Source: Haliotis cracherodii
Lineage: Eukaryota
DNA: 64,000 nt
Assembly (NCBI RefSeq): GCF_022045235.1
Contig: NW_027266275.1
Coordinates: 52,514,001 to 52,578,000, forward strand
Direction of reading: 5' to 3'
In this document: positions 11,998 to 24,164 of the stretch, in pieces
How positions within the stretch are numbered: the first letter of the stretch is position 1
How the letters are laid out: each line of letters begins with the position of its first letter
Position numbers and translations under genes: made by a program
The notes under the pieces: model-generated
What the model was told of the DNA's origin: nothing
The model's database searches: none
What the model saw: the letters and a program-made list of their open reading frames with translations, nothing else

Positions 11998-14900
11998 CTC
12001 TAAACAGTGGTATTAACCCATGGCTCACTGGGCTTGGCCGCTCTAAACAGTGATACTGAAACATGTCTCACTGTGCCGGGTGTCTCTAAACACTGATACT
12101 GACCCATGTGTCACTGTGCCGGATGTCTCTAAACAGGGATACTGACCCATGTCTCACTGTGCTTGGCCGCTCTAAACAGTGATACTGACCCATGTCTCAC
12201 TGTGCCGGGTGTCTCTAAACAGTGATACTTACCCATGTGTCACTGTGCCGGATGTCTCTAAACAGTGATACTTACCCATGTCTCACTGTGCTTGGCCGCT
12301 CTAAACAGTGATACTGACCCATGTCTCACTGTGCCGGGTGTCTCTAAACAGTGATACTTACCCATGTCTCACTGTGCCGGGTGTCTCTAAACAGGGATAC
12401 TTACCCATGTGTCCTTGTGCCGGGTGTCTCTAAACAGTGATACTGACTCATATCTCACTGTGCCGGGTGTCTCTAAACAGGGATACTGACCCATGTGTCA
12501 CTGTGCCGGGTGTCTCTAAACAGTGATACTGACCCATGTCTGACTGTGCCGGGTGTCTCAAAACAGTGACACTGACCCATATCTCACTGTGCCGGGTGTC
12601 TCTAAACAGTGATACTGACCCATGTCTGACTGTGCCGGGTGTCTCTAAACAGTAACACTGATCCATGTCTCAATGCACCTGGGCTCTCGGGACGGTAACA
12701 CTGATCCATGTCTCAATGCACCTGGGCTCTCGGGACGGTAACACTGATCCATGTTTACATGCACCTTGGATCTCGGGACAGTAACACTGACCCATGTTCA
12801 CATGCACCTGGGCTCTCGGGACGGTAACACTGATCCATGTCTCAATGCACCTGGGCTCTCGGAACAGTACCACTGATACATGTTTACATGCACCTTGGCT
12901 CTCAGGACAGTAACACTGATCCATGTCTCAATGCACCTGGGCTCTCGGGACGGTAACACTGACCTATGTGTACATACACCTGGGCTCTCTGGACAGTAAC
13001 ACTGATCGATGTCTCAATGCACCTCGGCTCTCGGGACGGTAACACTGATCCATGTCTCAATGCACCTGGGCTCTCGGGACGGTAACACTGATCCATGTCT
13101 CAATGCACCTGGGCTCTCTGGACGGTAACACTGATCCATGTCTCAATGCACCTGGGCTCTCGGGACGGTAACACTGACCTATGTGTACATACACCTGGGC
13201 TCTCAGGACAGTAACACTGATCGATGTCTCAATGCACCTGGGCTCTCAGGACAGTAACACTGATCGATGTCTCAATGCACCTGGGCTCTCGGGACAGTAA
13301 CACTGCTCCATATCTCAATGCACCTGGGCTTTTGGGACGGTAACACTGACCTATGTGTACATACACCTGGGCTCTCAGGACAGTAACACTGATCCATGCC
13401 TCAATGCACCTGGGCTTTCGGGACGGTAACACTGATCCATGTATCAATGCACCTGAGCACTCGGGACGGTAACACTGATCCATGTCTCAATGCACCTGGG
13501 ATCTCGGGACGATAACACTGATCCATGTTTCAATGCACCTGGGCTCTCGGGACGGTAACACTGATCCATGTTTACATGCACCTGGGCTCTCTGGACAGTA
13601 ACACTGACCCATGTCTCACTGTGCCGGGTGTCTCTAAACAGTAACACTGATCCATGTCTCAATGCACCTGGGCTCTCGGGACGGTAACACTGATCCATGT
13701 CTCAATGCACCTCGGCTCTCGGGACAGTAACACTGCTCCATGTCTCAATGCACCTGGGCTCTCGGGACGGTAACACTGATCCATGGTTCAATGCACCTGG
13801 GCTCTCGGGACGGTAACACTGATCCATGTCTCAATGCACCTGGGCTCTCGGGACGGTAACACTGACCCATGTTTACATGCACCTTGGCTCTCGGGACGGT
13901 AACACTGACCTATGTGTACATGCACCTGGGCTCTCAGGACAGTAACACTGCTCCATGTCTCAATGCACCTCGGCTCTCCGGACAGTAACACTGCTCCATG
14001 TCTCAATGCACCTGGGCTCTCGGGACGGTAACACTGATTCATGTCTCAATGCACCTGGGCTCCCGGGACGGTAACACTGATCCATGTCTCAATGCACCTG
14101 GGCTCTTGGGACGGTAACACTGACCCATGTTTACATGCACCTTGGCTCTCGGGACGGTAACACTGACCTATGTGTACATGCACCTGGGCTCTCTGGACAG
14201 TAACACTGATACATGTCTCAATGCACCTGGGCTCTCGGGACGGTAACACTGATCCATGTCTCAATGCACCTGGGCTCTCGGGACGGTAACACTGACCCAT
14301 GTTTACATGCACCTTGGCTCTCGGGACGGTAACACTGACCTATGTGTACATGCACCTGGGCTCTCTGGACAGTAACACTGATTCATGTCTCAATGCACCT
14401 GGGCTCTCGGGACGGTAACACTGATTCATGTCTCAATGCACCTGGGCTCTCGGGACGGTAACACTGCTCCATATCTCAATGCACCTGGGCTCTTGGGACG
14501 GTAACACTGATCCATGTCTCAATGCACCTTGGCTCTCGGGACGGTAACACTGACCTATGTGTACATGCACCTGGGCTCTCTGGACAGTAACACTGATCCA
14601 TGCCTCAATGCACCTGAGCACTCGGGACGGTAACACTGATCCATGTCTCAATGCACCTGGGATCTCGGGACGGTAACACTGATCCATGTCTCAATGCACC
14701 TGGGCTCTCGGGACGGTAACACTGATCCATGTTTACATGCACCTGGGCTCTCTGGACAGTAACACTGACCCATGTCTCACTGTGCCGGGTGTCTCAAAAC
14801 AGTAACACTGATCCATGTCTCAATGCACTTGGGCTCTCGGGACGGTAACACTGATCCATGTCTCAATGCACCTCGGCTCTCGGGACAGTAACACTGCTCC

Positions 14901-15725
14901 ATGTCTCAATGCACCTGGGCTCTCGGGACGGTAACACTGATCCATGTCTCAATGCACCTGGGCTCTCGGGACGGTAACACTGATCCATGTCTCAATGCAC
15001 CTGGGCTCTTGGGACGGTAACACTGACCCATGTTTACATGCACCTTGGCTCTCGGGACGGTAACACTGACCTATGTGTACATGCATCTGGGCTCTCGGGA
15101 CGGTAACACTGATCCATGTCTCAATGCACCTGGGCTCTCGGGACGGTAACACTGATCCATGTCTCAATGCACCTGGGCTCTCGGGACGGTAACACTGACC
15201 CATGTTTACATGCACCTTGGCTCTCAGGACGGTAACACTGACCTATGTGTACATGCATCTGGGCTCTCGGGACGGTAACACTGACCCATGGTTCAATGCA
15301 CCTGGGCTCTCGGGACGGTAACACTGATCCATGTCTCAATGCACCTGGGCTCTTGGGACGGTAACACTGACCCATGTTTACATGCACCTTGGCTCTCGGG
15401 ACGGTAACACTGACCTATGTGTACATGCATCTGGGCTCTCGGGACGGTAACACTGATCCATGTCTCAATGCACCTGGGCTCTCGGGACGGTAACACTGAT
15501 CCATGTCTCAATGCACCTGGGCTCTCGGGACGGTAACACTGACCCATGTTTACATGCACCATGGCTCTCGGGACGGTAACACTGACCTATGTGTACATGC
15601 ATCTGGGCTCTCGGGACGGTAACACTGACCCATGGTTCAATGCACCTGGGCTCTCGGGACGGTAACACTGACCTATGTGTAATGCACCTGGGCTCTCAGG
15701 ACAGTAACACTGATCCATGTTTCAA
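11998..15725. repeat. 43-bp satellite, about 86 monomers, two subfamilies
   Basis: Type A CTCTAAACAGTGATACTGACCCATGTCTCACTGTGCCGGGTGT (to about 12660); type B CTCTCGGGACGGTAACACTGATCCATGTCTCAATGCACCTGGG. Confidence 0.97.
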
Positions 15726-15730
15726 TCTTA

Positions 15731-16730
15731 CATGATGATATGTGCTTGGGAGGCGTAATATCATTTGATGACTCATTACATCAAAGCTGTAGATATCTTG
15801 TGTTCCTGCGTGAAAGCTGTACCTGTTCATTTTTTTGGAGAAAAATAATGTATTTATCAATTACATCCGGAGTATTAGATCTGACATGTGCGTACTCAAA
15901 TGTCTAGGTTTCTGTACCCGAATCTCTGGCCAGCGTGACAGAAAACTATAGTTCCAGTGCAAACCGAGAGGGGTTGACTTATCACCAAGTCCAGGGTGAG
16001 GAGCAAAGTCGGTAACATTTTTTTGTCGTGTAGCCATACCCGATGTCGCTAGTGATCTTGATGCAGTCAACAAGGATTTAACAGTGACATTGCAAACGCT
16101 GCCTTTTTCCGTGTTATGATGGGAACTCCCCATCGTTTGGCTGCACGCTGTACCATTACATTTTCACTGATCAGCAAAGCTTATGTGTTATGTTCTCAGT
16201 CTAGTTACATCATCTCGACTGCATGCTTAAATTTAATTATGCGGTTAATGCGGCTGCTAAAACAATACTCTCCGCTTCAAGCGAAAACATACCCCACCTA
16301 TTAATACCAAATAAAAATGGTCCCAAAAGATTTCAGTACTTTATTCAGAGTGCGCAAATAGGCGTCATCAGGTTTGGTCCAACCTAATTTTAGAATTCCC
16401 CTCTGTGGCAGACGAGCGAAATGGATGATGTTTTGATTAGATTTGATTACTTAAATTCGTCAGTTACAACTAGCCAATTTTGATAATAAAAACACTACTA
16501 TTAAATATGTTGTTCTCTTTGCATTTAAACTTAGCTTACCTTTCAGATATTCATGTTTGATGAAAAGGTGGTTTGAGCACACACTTTCAACGGACAAGTT
16601 AATTACTTTTTCGGAATGACATTTATATCATTCCACTTCTCATGCACTAGCATTTGAGTATCTTGCTGTGAACTGGAAATACCCTGGCTTCTCCTTCGAC
16701 ATGTTCAAGAGGTACATTGATGTAGTGGCT
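15731..16730 (-). pseudogene. Candidate decayed multi-exon gene, DBF4-like (motifs N, M, C)
   Basis: Minus-strand splice signals (AAAG|GTAAGC about 16540, AATAG|G about 16297, AACAG|G about 15822, CAT|GTAAGA about 15730); peptides EKVINLSVES..LKGGV, RAAKRWGVPII, GDKS..WPEI and RYLQL*CNES..KHISS in DBF4 order, interrupted by stops and frameshifts. Confidence 0.3.
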
Positions 16731-16815
16731 TCATAAATAACATAAATAACAGAAAAAGAGGAAACCCGTTTCAGTGTTTTAATAGCATTTGTCTAACATA
16801 GTGTCTGGTCGTTCG

Positions 16816-16947
16816 AGTGAGTGAGTGAGTTTGGTTTTACGGCGCTTTTAGCAATATTTGACGGAACCAGAAATGGGCACTACACATTGTACCCATGTCG
16901 GGAATCGAACCCGGATCCTCGACGCGACGAGCGAACGCTTTAACCAC
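16816..16947 (-). mobile_element. tRNA(Asp)-derived SINE, partial
   Basis: (GAGT)n, TTTTACGGCGCTTTTAGCAATATT, GGGAATCGAACCCGG..GACGAGCGAACGCTTTAACCAC. Confidence 0.8.
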
Positions 16948-17964
16948 GTTCGAATCCCACCAACGACGGACCAAAGACATGCCTGTTGAAACTGTCCAAA
17001 CTGGTACTGATTTGGTGTAGTAGAACCTCTAAGGGACGTATTTTAGGGATAGGCCCTCTGTGTTTACCTCCCGCTATTAACCCAGCCGAGGGTACTCACT
17101 CAGCAGAGTGTTGAGTTAATTCACTCCGGTGTTAATTAGTAGCAGCGTAATAAGTGTTTGGTACTAGTTCTGACTGCAAGCAGTTCTGATAGTGAAAGCC
17201 TCGATTATCTGAATAATCTAGTCGATCTCGGTTACACGGGGAACAGTGTTTCAAGCAGGAGAAAGTCTTCAGTCTCGAGAACAATTTAGCGTGAGGTTAG
17301 CTTGTGGCCATCAGGCCGTGAGCGGTCCGTACGAGAAAAATAATAGTGAGATTGAAGACTTTTCCTACACTTAAGCCTCATGCCTTCGAACAACCGGATA
17401 CGACGGACACAACGGGAACAATCTCTAGCAGAGTAGTTTAGGTGACTGGGAAGACCGAATCGTACTTTTTTAGTACCAGGTGCGAAATCGGATCAACAAA
17501 ATGCGACTGTTGATTGATCAAAGATCAGCTTCATCAACACCAATTAGATTAGAAATCCAATCTTGAAGAGGAGAGAGTGAGTGTGTGAGTCGGGTCTTAC
17601 ATCACATCGTATGAGTCTGATGTCATGCAGGTCCTTAAAGAAGTGCCTTTTTGGTGAAACCCATAAGAACAACCATAGTGCTGACAAACCAAGAACCATA
17701 ATCAGAGCGAATCTGAGATTCGAACCCCCATTTTCCTGGACAAATCATAAATTAGTAAAGAGGATTATGAAATTAATAGCTTCTTGTAGTTTTGATTCAA
17801 GAATGATAAAATGACGAAGAGCGCGAACGAAATGATGCTAACGAGCGCTTGAACGAGAGGATACCGAGGATGAAACGTTGTATGATTCTTTTGTCAACAA
17901 TAATATGTTTCCTAAAATGTTCAAAAATAATGCGTCCTTAGTAAGGATACTGGAGTTCCATACT

Positions 17965-18225
17965 GGAGGCAATGTTTATACAGTAGGGTAGATATTGTAT
18001 GCTGGAGTTCCCGTATACAATATCTACCCTACTGCATAAACATTGCCTCCTACGTGTATATATACTTGCTTACTGCACTCTGTACATCACTTGCTTGATA
18101 ACGGTGTTAGAACCTACACCGAAACGTCGCTCTTAATTGTAATAAAGAAGTTGTTCATCCATAAATTCTTATCCTTACGTAGTACTCCAACTTCTAAATG
18201 CCTATCAAAGAAGTTAATTGTGTCC
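17965..18225 (+). mobile_element. Penelope-like pLTR relic with inverted 5' segment
   Basis: 36-bp inverted repeat 17965-18000/18015-18050, then a hammerhead motif and AATAAA at 18141. Confidence 0.6.
18090..18132 (+). ncRNA. Minimal hammerhead ribozyme motif, U3-A8 variant
   Basis: TTGATAA-C-GGTGT(tagaacct)ACACC-GAAA-CGTC; stem II is paired; stem III is the minimal palindromic ACGT. Confidence 0.55.
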
Positions 18226-18660
18226 TTAGCTGTTACAAAAACATGAACCCGCTCTGTGGTCAAGCTGGATGTTCTAAGATATAAAATGTCATCGCTAGAA
18301 AAGAACGAGTCTCGATTATCCGACGAAACAGTTTCAATTGGACGTAAAATATATGAATGGATCGATGGATCTCAGTGATGACAGGTGCAGGCCTAGATAG
18401 TGGTGATATAATTAACCTATCCGCGATAAATTTCCAATGCAATAGATGTCGGGGTTCTGCTAATACAAACACTGTCAGTCGTGAATACTATCATTGTCAG
18501 CTCTGTGTACGTTCAAAAGACTACGCCGACAACCGTTCCAGCAACGCCGCTTCTTCTACCTCGTAGTGAAGGTAACTCACATTAGATTAGTATAGTTTTT
18601 AAACTTATCCTAAACAAATCCTAAAAAACAACTAACATAGGCTTACTGTGTATTCAAGAT

Positions 18661-19663
18661 TGAAATGACTATCACCTTTATCTATCTGTGTATGAGAGAG
18701 TTAAATGACTGTCACCTGTATCTGTCTGTGTATGAGAAAGTTAAATGACTGTCACCTGTATCTATCTGTGTATGAGAGAGTTAAATGACTGTCACCTGTA
18801 TCTATCTGTGTATGAGAAAGTTAAATGACTGTCACCTGTATCTATCTGTGTATGAGAGACTTAAATGACTGTCACCTGTATCTATCTGTGTATGAGAAAG
18901 TTAAATGACTGTCACCTGTATCTATCTGTGTATGAGAGAGCTAAATGACTGTCACCTGTATCTATCTGTGTATGAGAGAGTTAAATGACTGTCACCTGTA
19001 TCTATCTGTGTATGAGAGAGTTAAATGACTGTCACCTGTATCTATCTGTGTATGACAGTGTTAAATGACCGTCACCTGAATTTGTCTGTGTATGAGAGAG
19101 TTAAATGACTGTCACCTGTATCTGTCTGTGTATTAGAGAGTTAAATGACTGTCACCTGTATCTGTCTGTGTATGAGGGTGTTAAATGACTGTCACCTGTA
19201 TCTGTCCGTGTATTAGAGAGTTAAATGACTGTCACCTGTATCTGTCTGTGTATGACAGTGTTAAATGACTGTCACCTGTATCTGTCCGTGTATTAGAGAG
19301 TTAAATGACCGTCACCTGAATTTGTCTGTGTATGAGAGTGTTAAATGACTGTCACCTGTATCTGTCCGTGTATTAGAGAGTTAAATGACTGTCACCTGTA
19401 TCTGTCTGTGTATGAGAGAGTTAAATGACTGTCACCTGTATCTGTCCGTGTATTACAGTGTTAAATGACTGTCACCTGTATCTGTCCGTGTATTAGAAAG
19501 TTAAATGACTGTCACCTGTATCTGTCTGTGTATGAGAAAGTTAAATGACTGTACCTGTATCAATCTGTGTATGAGAGAGTTAAATGACTGTCACCTGTAT
19601 CTGTCCGTGTATGAGAGTGTTAAATGACTGTCACCTGTATCTATCTGTGTATGAGAGCGTTAA
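18661..19663. repeat. 40-bp minisatellite, about 25 copies
   Basis: TTAAATGACTGTCACCTGTATCT(A/G)TCTGTGTATGAGAGAG. Confidence 0.97.
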
Positions 19664-19917
19664 GTGTCACAGTTATCTACTGTGCATAATATTGACAAAT
19701 AACTGTCACCTGTATCTGTTTTTGGATTGCGGCCCCGATAACGCAGTTTAGTGTTTTGCCTCGGAAAGGATACACTAAAGTATTTGTTGTTAAAGAAGGC
19801 ACAATGTTCTTCTCGCTTACCAGAGCCCAAAGTTACGAAGCGATTTGGATTGATTCATTTTCAAAGCTGAGACTTAAAAATGTAAGCACTGTACATTGTA
19901 TAATATGATTCCTATAA

Positions 19918-20065
19918 NNNNNNNNNNNNNNNNNNNNNNNNNNNNNNNNNNNNNNNNNNNNNNNNNNNNNNNNNNNNNNNNNNNNNNNNNNNNNNNNNNN
20001 NNNNNNNNNNNNNNNNNNNNNNNNNNNNNNNNNNNNNNNNNNNNNNNNNNNNNNNNNNNNNNNNN
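19918..20065. other. Assembly gap (148 N)
   Basis: Run of N. Confidence 1.
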
Positions 20066-20987
20066 AAAACTACAGTATGTGCTATTCCTCCCAGAATTCC
20101 AACCTGAAGACGGCACTAAAACCTCACGACACGGCTTTAGCATCTTACAGTGTGTTTCTGCCTCGGCAAACACAAACTTCATCAACATTCCATGTTTTCA
20201 GTATTATTTAAGTTTTCGTTTACGAATCTTTACCAGAACATTTTTGAAAAACAGAGATGTGCGATCTCAACATCTCGCGTAACAACACTGTCCCTCGTAT
20301 TTCAGGTTCGCAGATCGTTGGCTTAAAAACCAAGAAACTTGCAGTAACACACATTTTGCTAACATGCTACACAAAATGAATAAAGTTCGGTAAGGATAAG
20401 TCTGTTAAAAGCCTTGATTCGCAGGGCTTTGTTCAAAATCAAGAAACAAAAGCAACAATTAAGACAATGTTTCATTAACATGCTACACTTAATGAGTAAA
20501 ATATGGTAGCCTGTTAAAAGCTTTTGGCAATAGAACTATGGCACTAAATGACCATCTTGAGTGTTTGTATACTACTAAATATGCCAATCCGGACTGTGTG
20601 TTTATACGTTACTTAGAGTGAGTGTGCAATATAAAGTGAGAGTATATACAGAGTAAAATGTTACACGGAGATCACATTAAAAAACACATTTAAAATAATG
20701 CAGGCATAATTCGGGAAATGTACATGGCACTGACTGTTTGTGAGTGATCGTTAGTTTGTCAACAAGGAGTTATCGCGAGTCGAATATGGGTGTGGTGGTG
20801 GTGGGGGGGGGGGGGGGGGGGGAGGGGGAATGGGGTAGTGGTGGTGGTTGTGCTGCTTGCGTTTTGGGCTGGGATAAAGAATACATAATATGTCCCTCAA
20901 CATTGAATTTTTTTATTAGGCTTCAGACCGTTGAAAAAGTATTGCCTGCGACATTAAAAACTCATGTTTATATCTGTAGGAAGAACA

Positions 20988-22995
20988 TTCTCTTCCCCAG
21001 ATATACATCACAAGGAATGACTTCTCTTCTCCAGACACATACATCACAAGGAATGACTTCTCCTCCTCAGGCATACATAACAAGGCATGACTTCTCTTCC
21101 CCAGGCTTACATCACAAGGGATGACTTCTCCTCCCCAGGCATACATCACAAGGGATGACTACTCTTCCCCAGGCATACATCACAAGGGATGACTTCTCCT
21201 CCACAGACACATATCACAAGGGATGACTTCTCTTCCAAAGGCATACATCACATGGGATGACTTCTCCTCCCCAGGCATACATCACAAGGGATGACTTCTC
21301 TTCCCCAGATATACATCATAAGGGATGACTTCTCTTCCCCAGGCATACATCACAATGGATGACTTCTCTTCCCCAGGCATACGTCACAAGGAATGACTTC
21401 TCTTCCCCAGACACTAATCAATAGGAATGACTTCTCTTCCTAAGGCATACATCACAATGGATGACTTCTCTTCCCCAGGCATACATCACAATGGATGACT
21501 TCTCTTCCCCAGGCATACATCACAATGGATGACTTCTCTTCCCCAGGCATACATCACAAGGGATGACTTCTCCTCCACAGGCATACATCACAAGTGATGA
21601 CTTCTCCCCCCCCCCCCCCCCCCAGCCCCACCCCACCCCCCACCCCCACCCCCCAGGCATACATCACAAGGGATGACTTCTCTTCCCCAGGCATACATCA
21701 CAAGGGATGACTACTCTTCCCCAGGCATACATCACAAGGGATGACTTCTCCTCCCCAGGCATACATCACAAGGGATGACTTCTCTTACCTAGGCATACAT
21801 CACAAGGGATGACTTCTCCTCCCCAGGTCATACATCACAAGGGATGATTTCTCTTCCAAAGGCATACATCACAAGGGATGACTTCTCCTCCCCAGGCATA
21901 CATCACAATGGATGACTTTTCTTCCAAAGGCATACATCAAAAGGGATGACTTCTCCTCCCCAGGCATACATCACAAGGGATGACTTCTCTTCCAAAGGCA
22001 TACATCACAAGGGATGACTTCTCCTCCCCAGGCATACATCACATTGGATGATTTCTCTTTTCTTGACACAAATCAAAAGGGATGACTTCTCTTTTCTAGA
22101 CACATATCACATGGGATGACTTCTCTTCCAAAGGCATACATCACATGGGATGACTTCTCTTCCAAAGGCATACATAACAAGGGAAGACTTCTCCTCCCCA
22201 GGCATACATCACGAGGGATGACTTCTCTTCCCCAGGCATACATCACAAGGGATGACTTCTCTTCCCCAGGAATATATCACATGGGATGACTTCTCTTCCT
22301 AAGGCATACATCACATGGGATGACTTCTCTTCCAAAGGCATACATCACAAGGGATGACTTCTCCTCCCCAGGCATACATCACAAGGGATGACTTCTCTTC
22401 CCCAGGCATACATCACAAGGGATGACTTTTCCTTCCCCAGGCATACATCACAAGGGATGACTTCTCTACCCCAGGCATACATCACAAGGGATGACTTCTC
22501 CTCCCCAGGTATACATCACAAGGGATGACTTCTCTACCCCAGGCATACATCACAAGGGATGACTTTTCCTTCCCCAGGCATACATCACAAGGGATGACTT
22601 CTCTACCCCAGGCATACATCACAAGGGATGACTTCTCCTCCCCAGGTATACATCACAAGGGATGACTTCTCTACCCCAGGCATACATCACAAGGGATGAC
22701 TTTTCCTTCCCCAGGCACACATCACAAGGCATGACTTCTCTTCCCCAGGCACACATCAATAGGAATGACTTCTCTTCCCCAGGCATACATCACAAGGGAT
22801 GACTTCTCCTCCCCAAGCATACATCACAAGGGATGACTTCTGTTTTCTAGACACATATCACATGGGATGACTTCTCTTCCCCAGGCATACATCACAAGGG
22901 ATGACGTCTCTTCCCCAGGCACACATCACAAGGGATGACTTCTCTTCCCCAGGCATACATCACAAGGAATGACTTCTCTTCCCCAGGCATACACA
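20988..22995. repeat. 34-bp minisatellite, about 58 copies
   Basis: CATACATCACAAGGGATGACTTCTCTTCCCCAGG; one unit carries a poly-C/(CCCCA)n expansion at about 21605-21654. Confidence 0.97.
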
Positions 22996-23383
22996 TCACT
23001 TGCAATTTGTAACAGTTTCTGGAACTAGATCCTGATTAGTGTTGAGCCCACCTCAGCAGTACTCTGGACATTTAGGTAAAAACTTACAAATAAAGTTTAT
23101 GTTGAAAAGTAAGTGAAAAGGGTAGTTCAAGAATCTTAAAACTTATCCTAATTTACTGCATATGATAAATTGTATAAAAAAATTATGATGGTTACACATA
23201 ATTTGAATGTGTATGCCCTACGTAACTACGTTCTTAATAACTTATTGGTACATGCACATTGAGGATCATATGTCGTGATGTTTTCTCCCTGAGTTGTACT
23301 ACCTTAGGCTTCCAGTAGAGTAGCAGGAAGTTGTACCTCCATAAGTCTTAATCTTAGCTGAATTAATAAGGTCAATACCTTAA

Positions 23384-23572
23384 GGGTAGTCATCACTCGG
23401 CTCACTTCGGCCAGAATTGGGAGGTATCCATATTGGAACGGGGTTCACTAGTTTCACTAGTTCACGTGACTGTCACATAACACAAATGGCGGCAGTTGTA
23501 AGCCGGAATTATATGTTGGTGATTATCAAATTGTAATCTTTATTTTCATTAAACCATTAACAAATCATCACG

Positions 23573-23621
<49 letters not shown>

Positions 23622-23774
23622 TGTCTGTCTCCACTTCAATCATTGTCAGATTAAATGACATGATACGTCGTCAAACAATCTTGAGTAAATGAGTCTTGAG
23701 ATAAGTGACGTGATTTATCAATAACCCATGCTAATGGTGAGGTCCCGCCCAAACTGGCGGAAACGATACCATCT
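23384..23774. mobile_element. Possible TTAA-flanked (Kolobok-like) non-autonomous element
   Basis: TTAA at 23380-23383 and 23775-23778; degenerate inverted ends (TTCGGCCAGAATTGGG / CCCAAACTGGCGGAA); contains (TG)n. Confidence 0.3.
23576..23630. repeat. (TG)n microsatellite
   Basis: About 22 TG units followed by (TCTG)n. Confidence 0.95.
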
Positions 23775-24164
23775 TTAAGATGCCCTTCGGAGACAGAATG
23801 AAATGTATTAATCCCCAGGGACCTGCGACGAAACTATTTGTGGATCCTATTATGTCAATTACAGGGCCTGGTCTTGTTTTGTGATTAGTGTTATCTGAAG
23901 TCCATCAGCAATGAGATGTGTTATAAGTAGATAACACTTGTACAATCAGGATATTAACATTTACATTACCCATTACCCATGTAGGTTTGCATTTCCTACC
24001 GAGACTTAGCTGAATGCATGTGTCTCAACTAGTCTTCGTATCCATTTCATACTATTTCCTCGATCAACAAGGTATTATTTTCTATTTTAACTATAAGATA
24101 AGTATCCCATTTTTACACTGGTTGCTCAGTTATAAAAATCATTTTCAGTTCGTATCTGTTTGTA

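Noticed and set aside
12448-15668. Repeated 84-89 aa ORFs
   Set aside because: 43-bp satellite artefacts
17060-17380. Two imperfect palindromes
   Set aside because: Probably old MITE remnants; ends and TSDs could not be defined
18357-18566. Cys-containing ORF (CNRC, CQLC), PHD-like
   Set aside because: Ligand spacing is incomplete and there is no supporting context
19874-20282. ORFs spanning the gap
   Set aside because: Open only because of the N run
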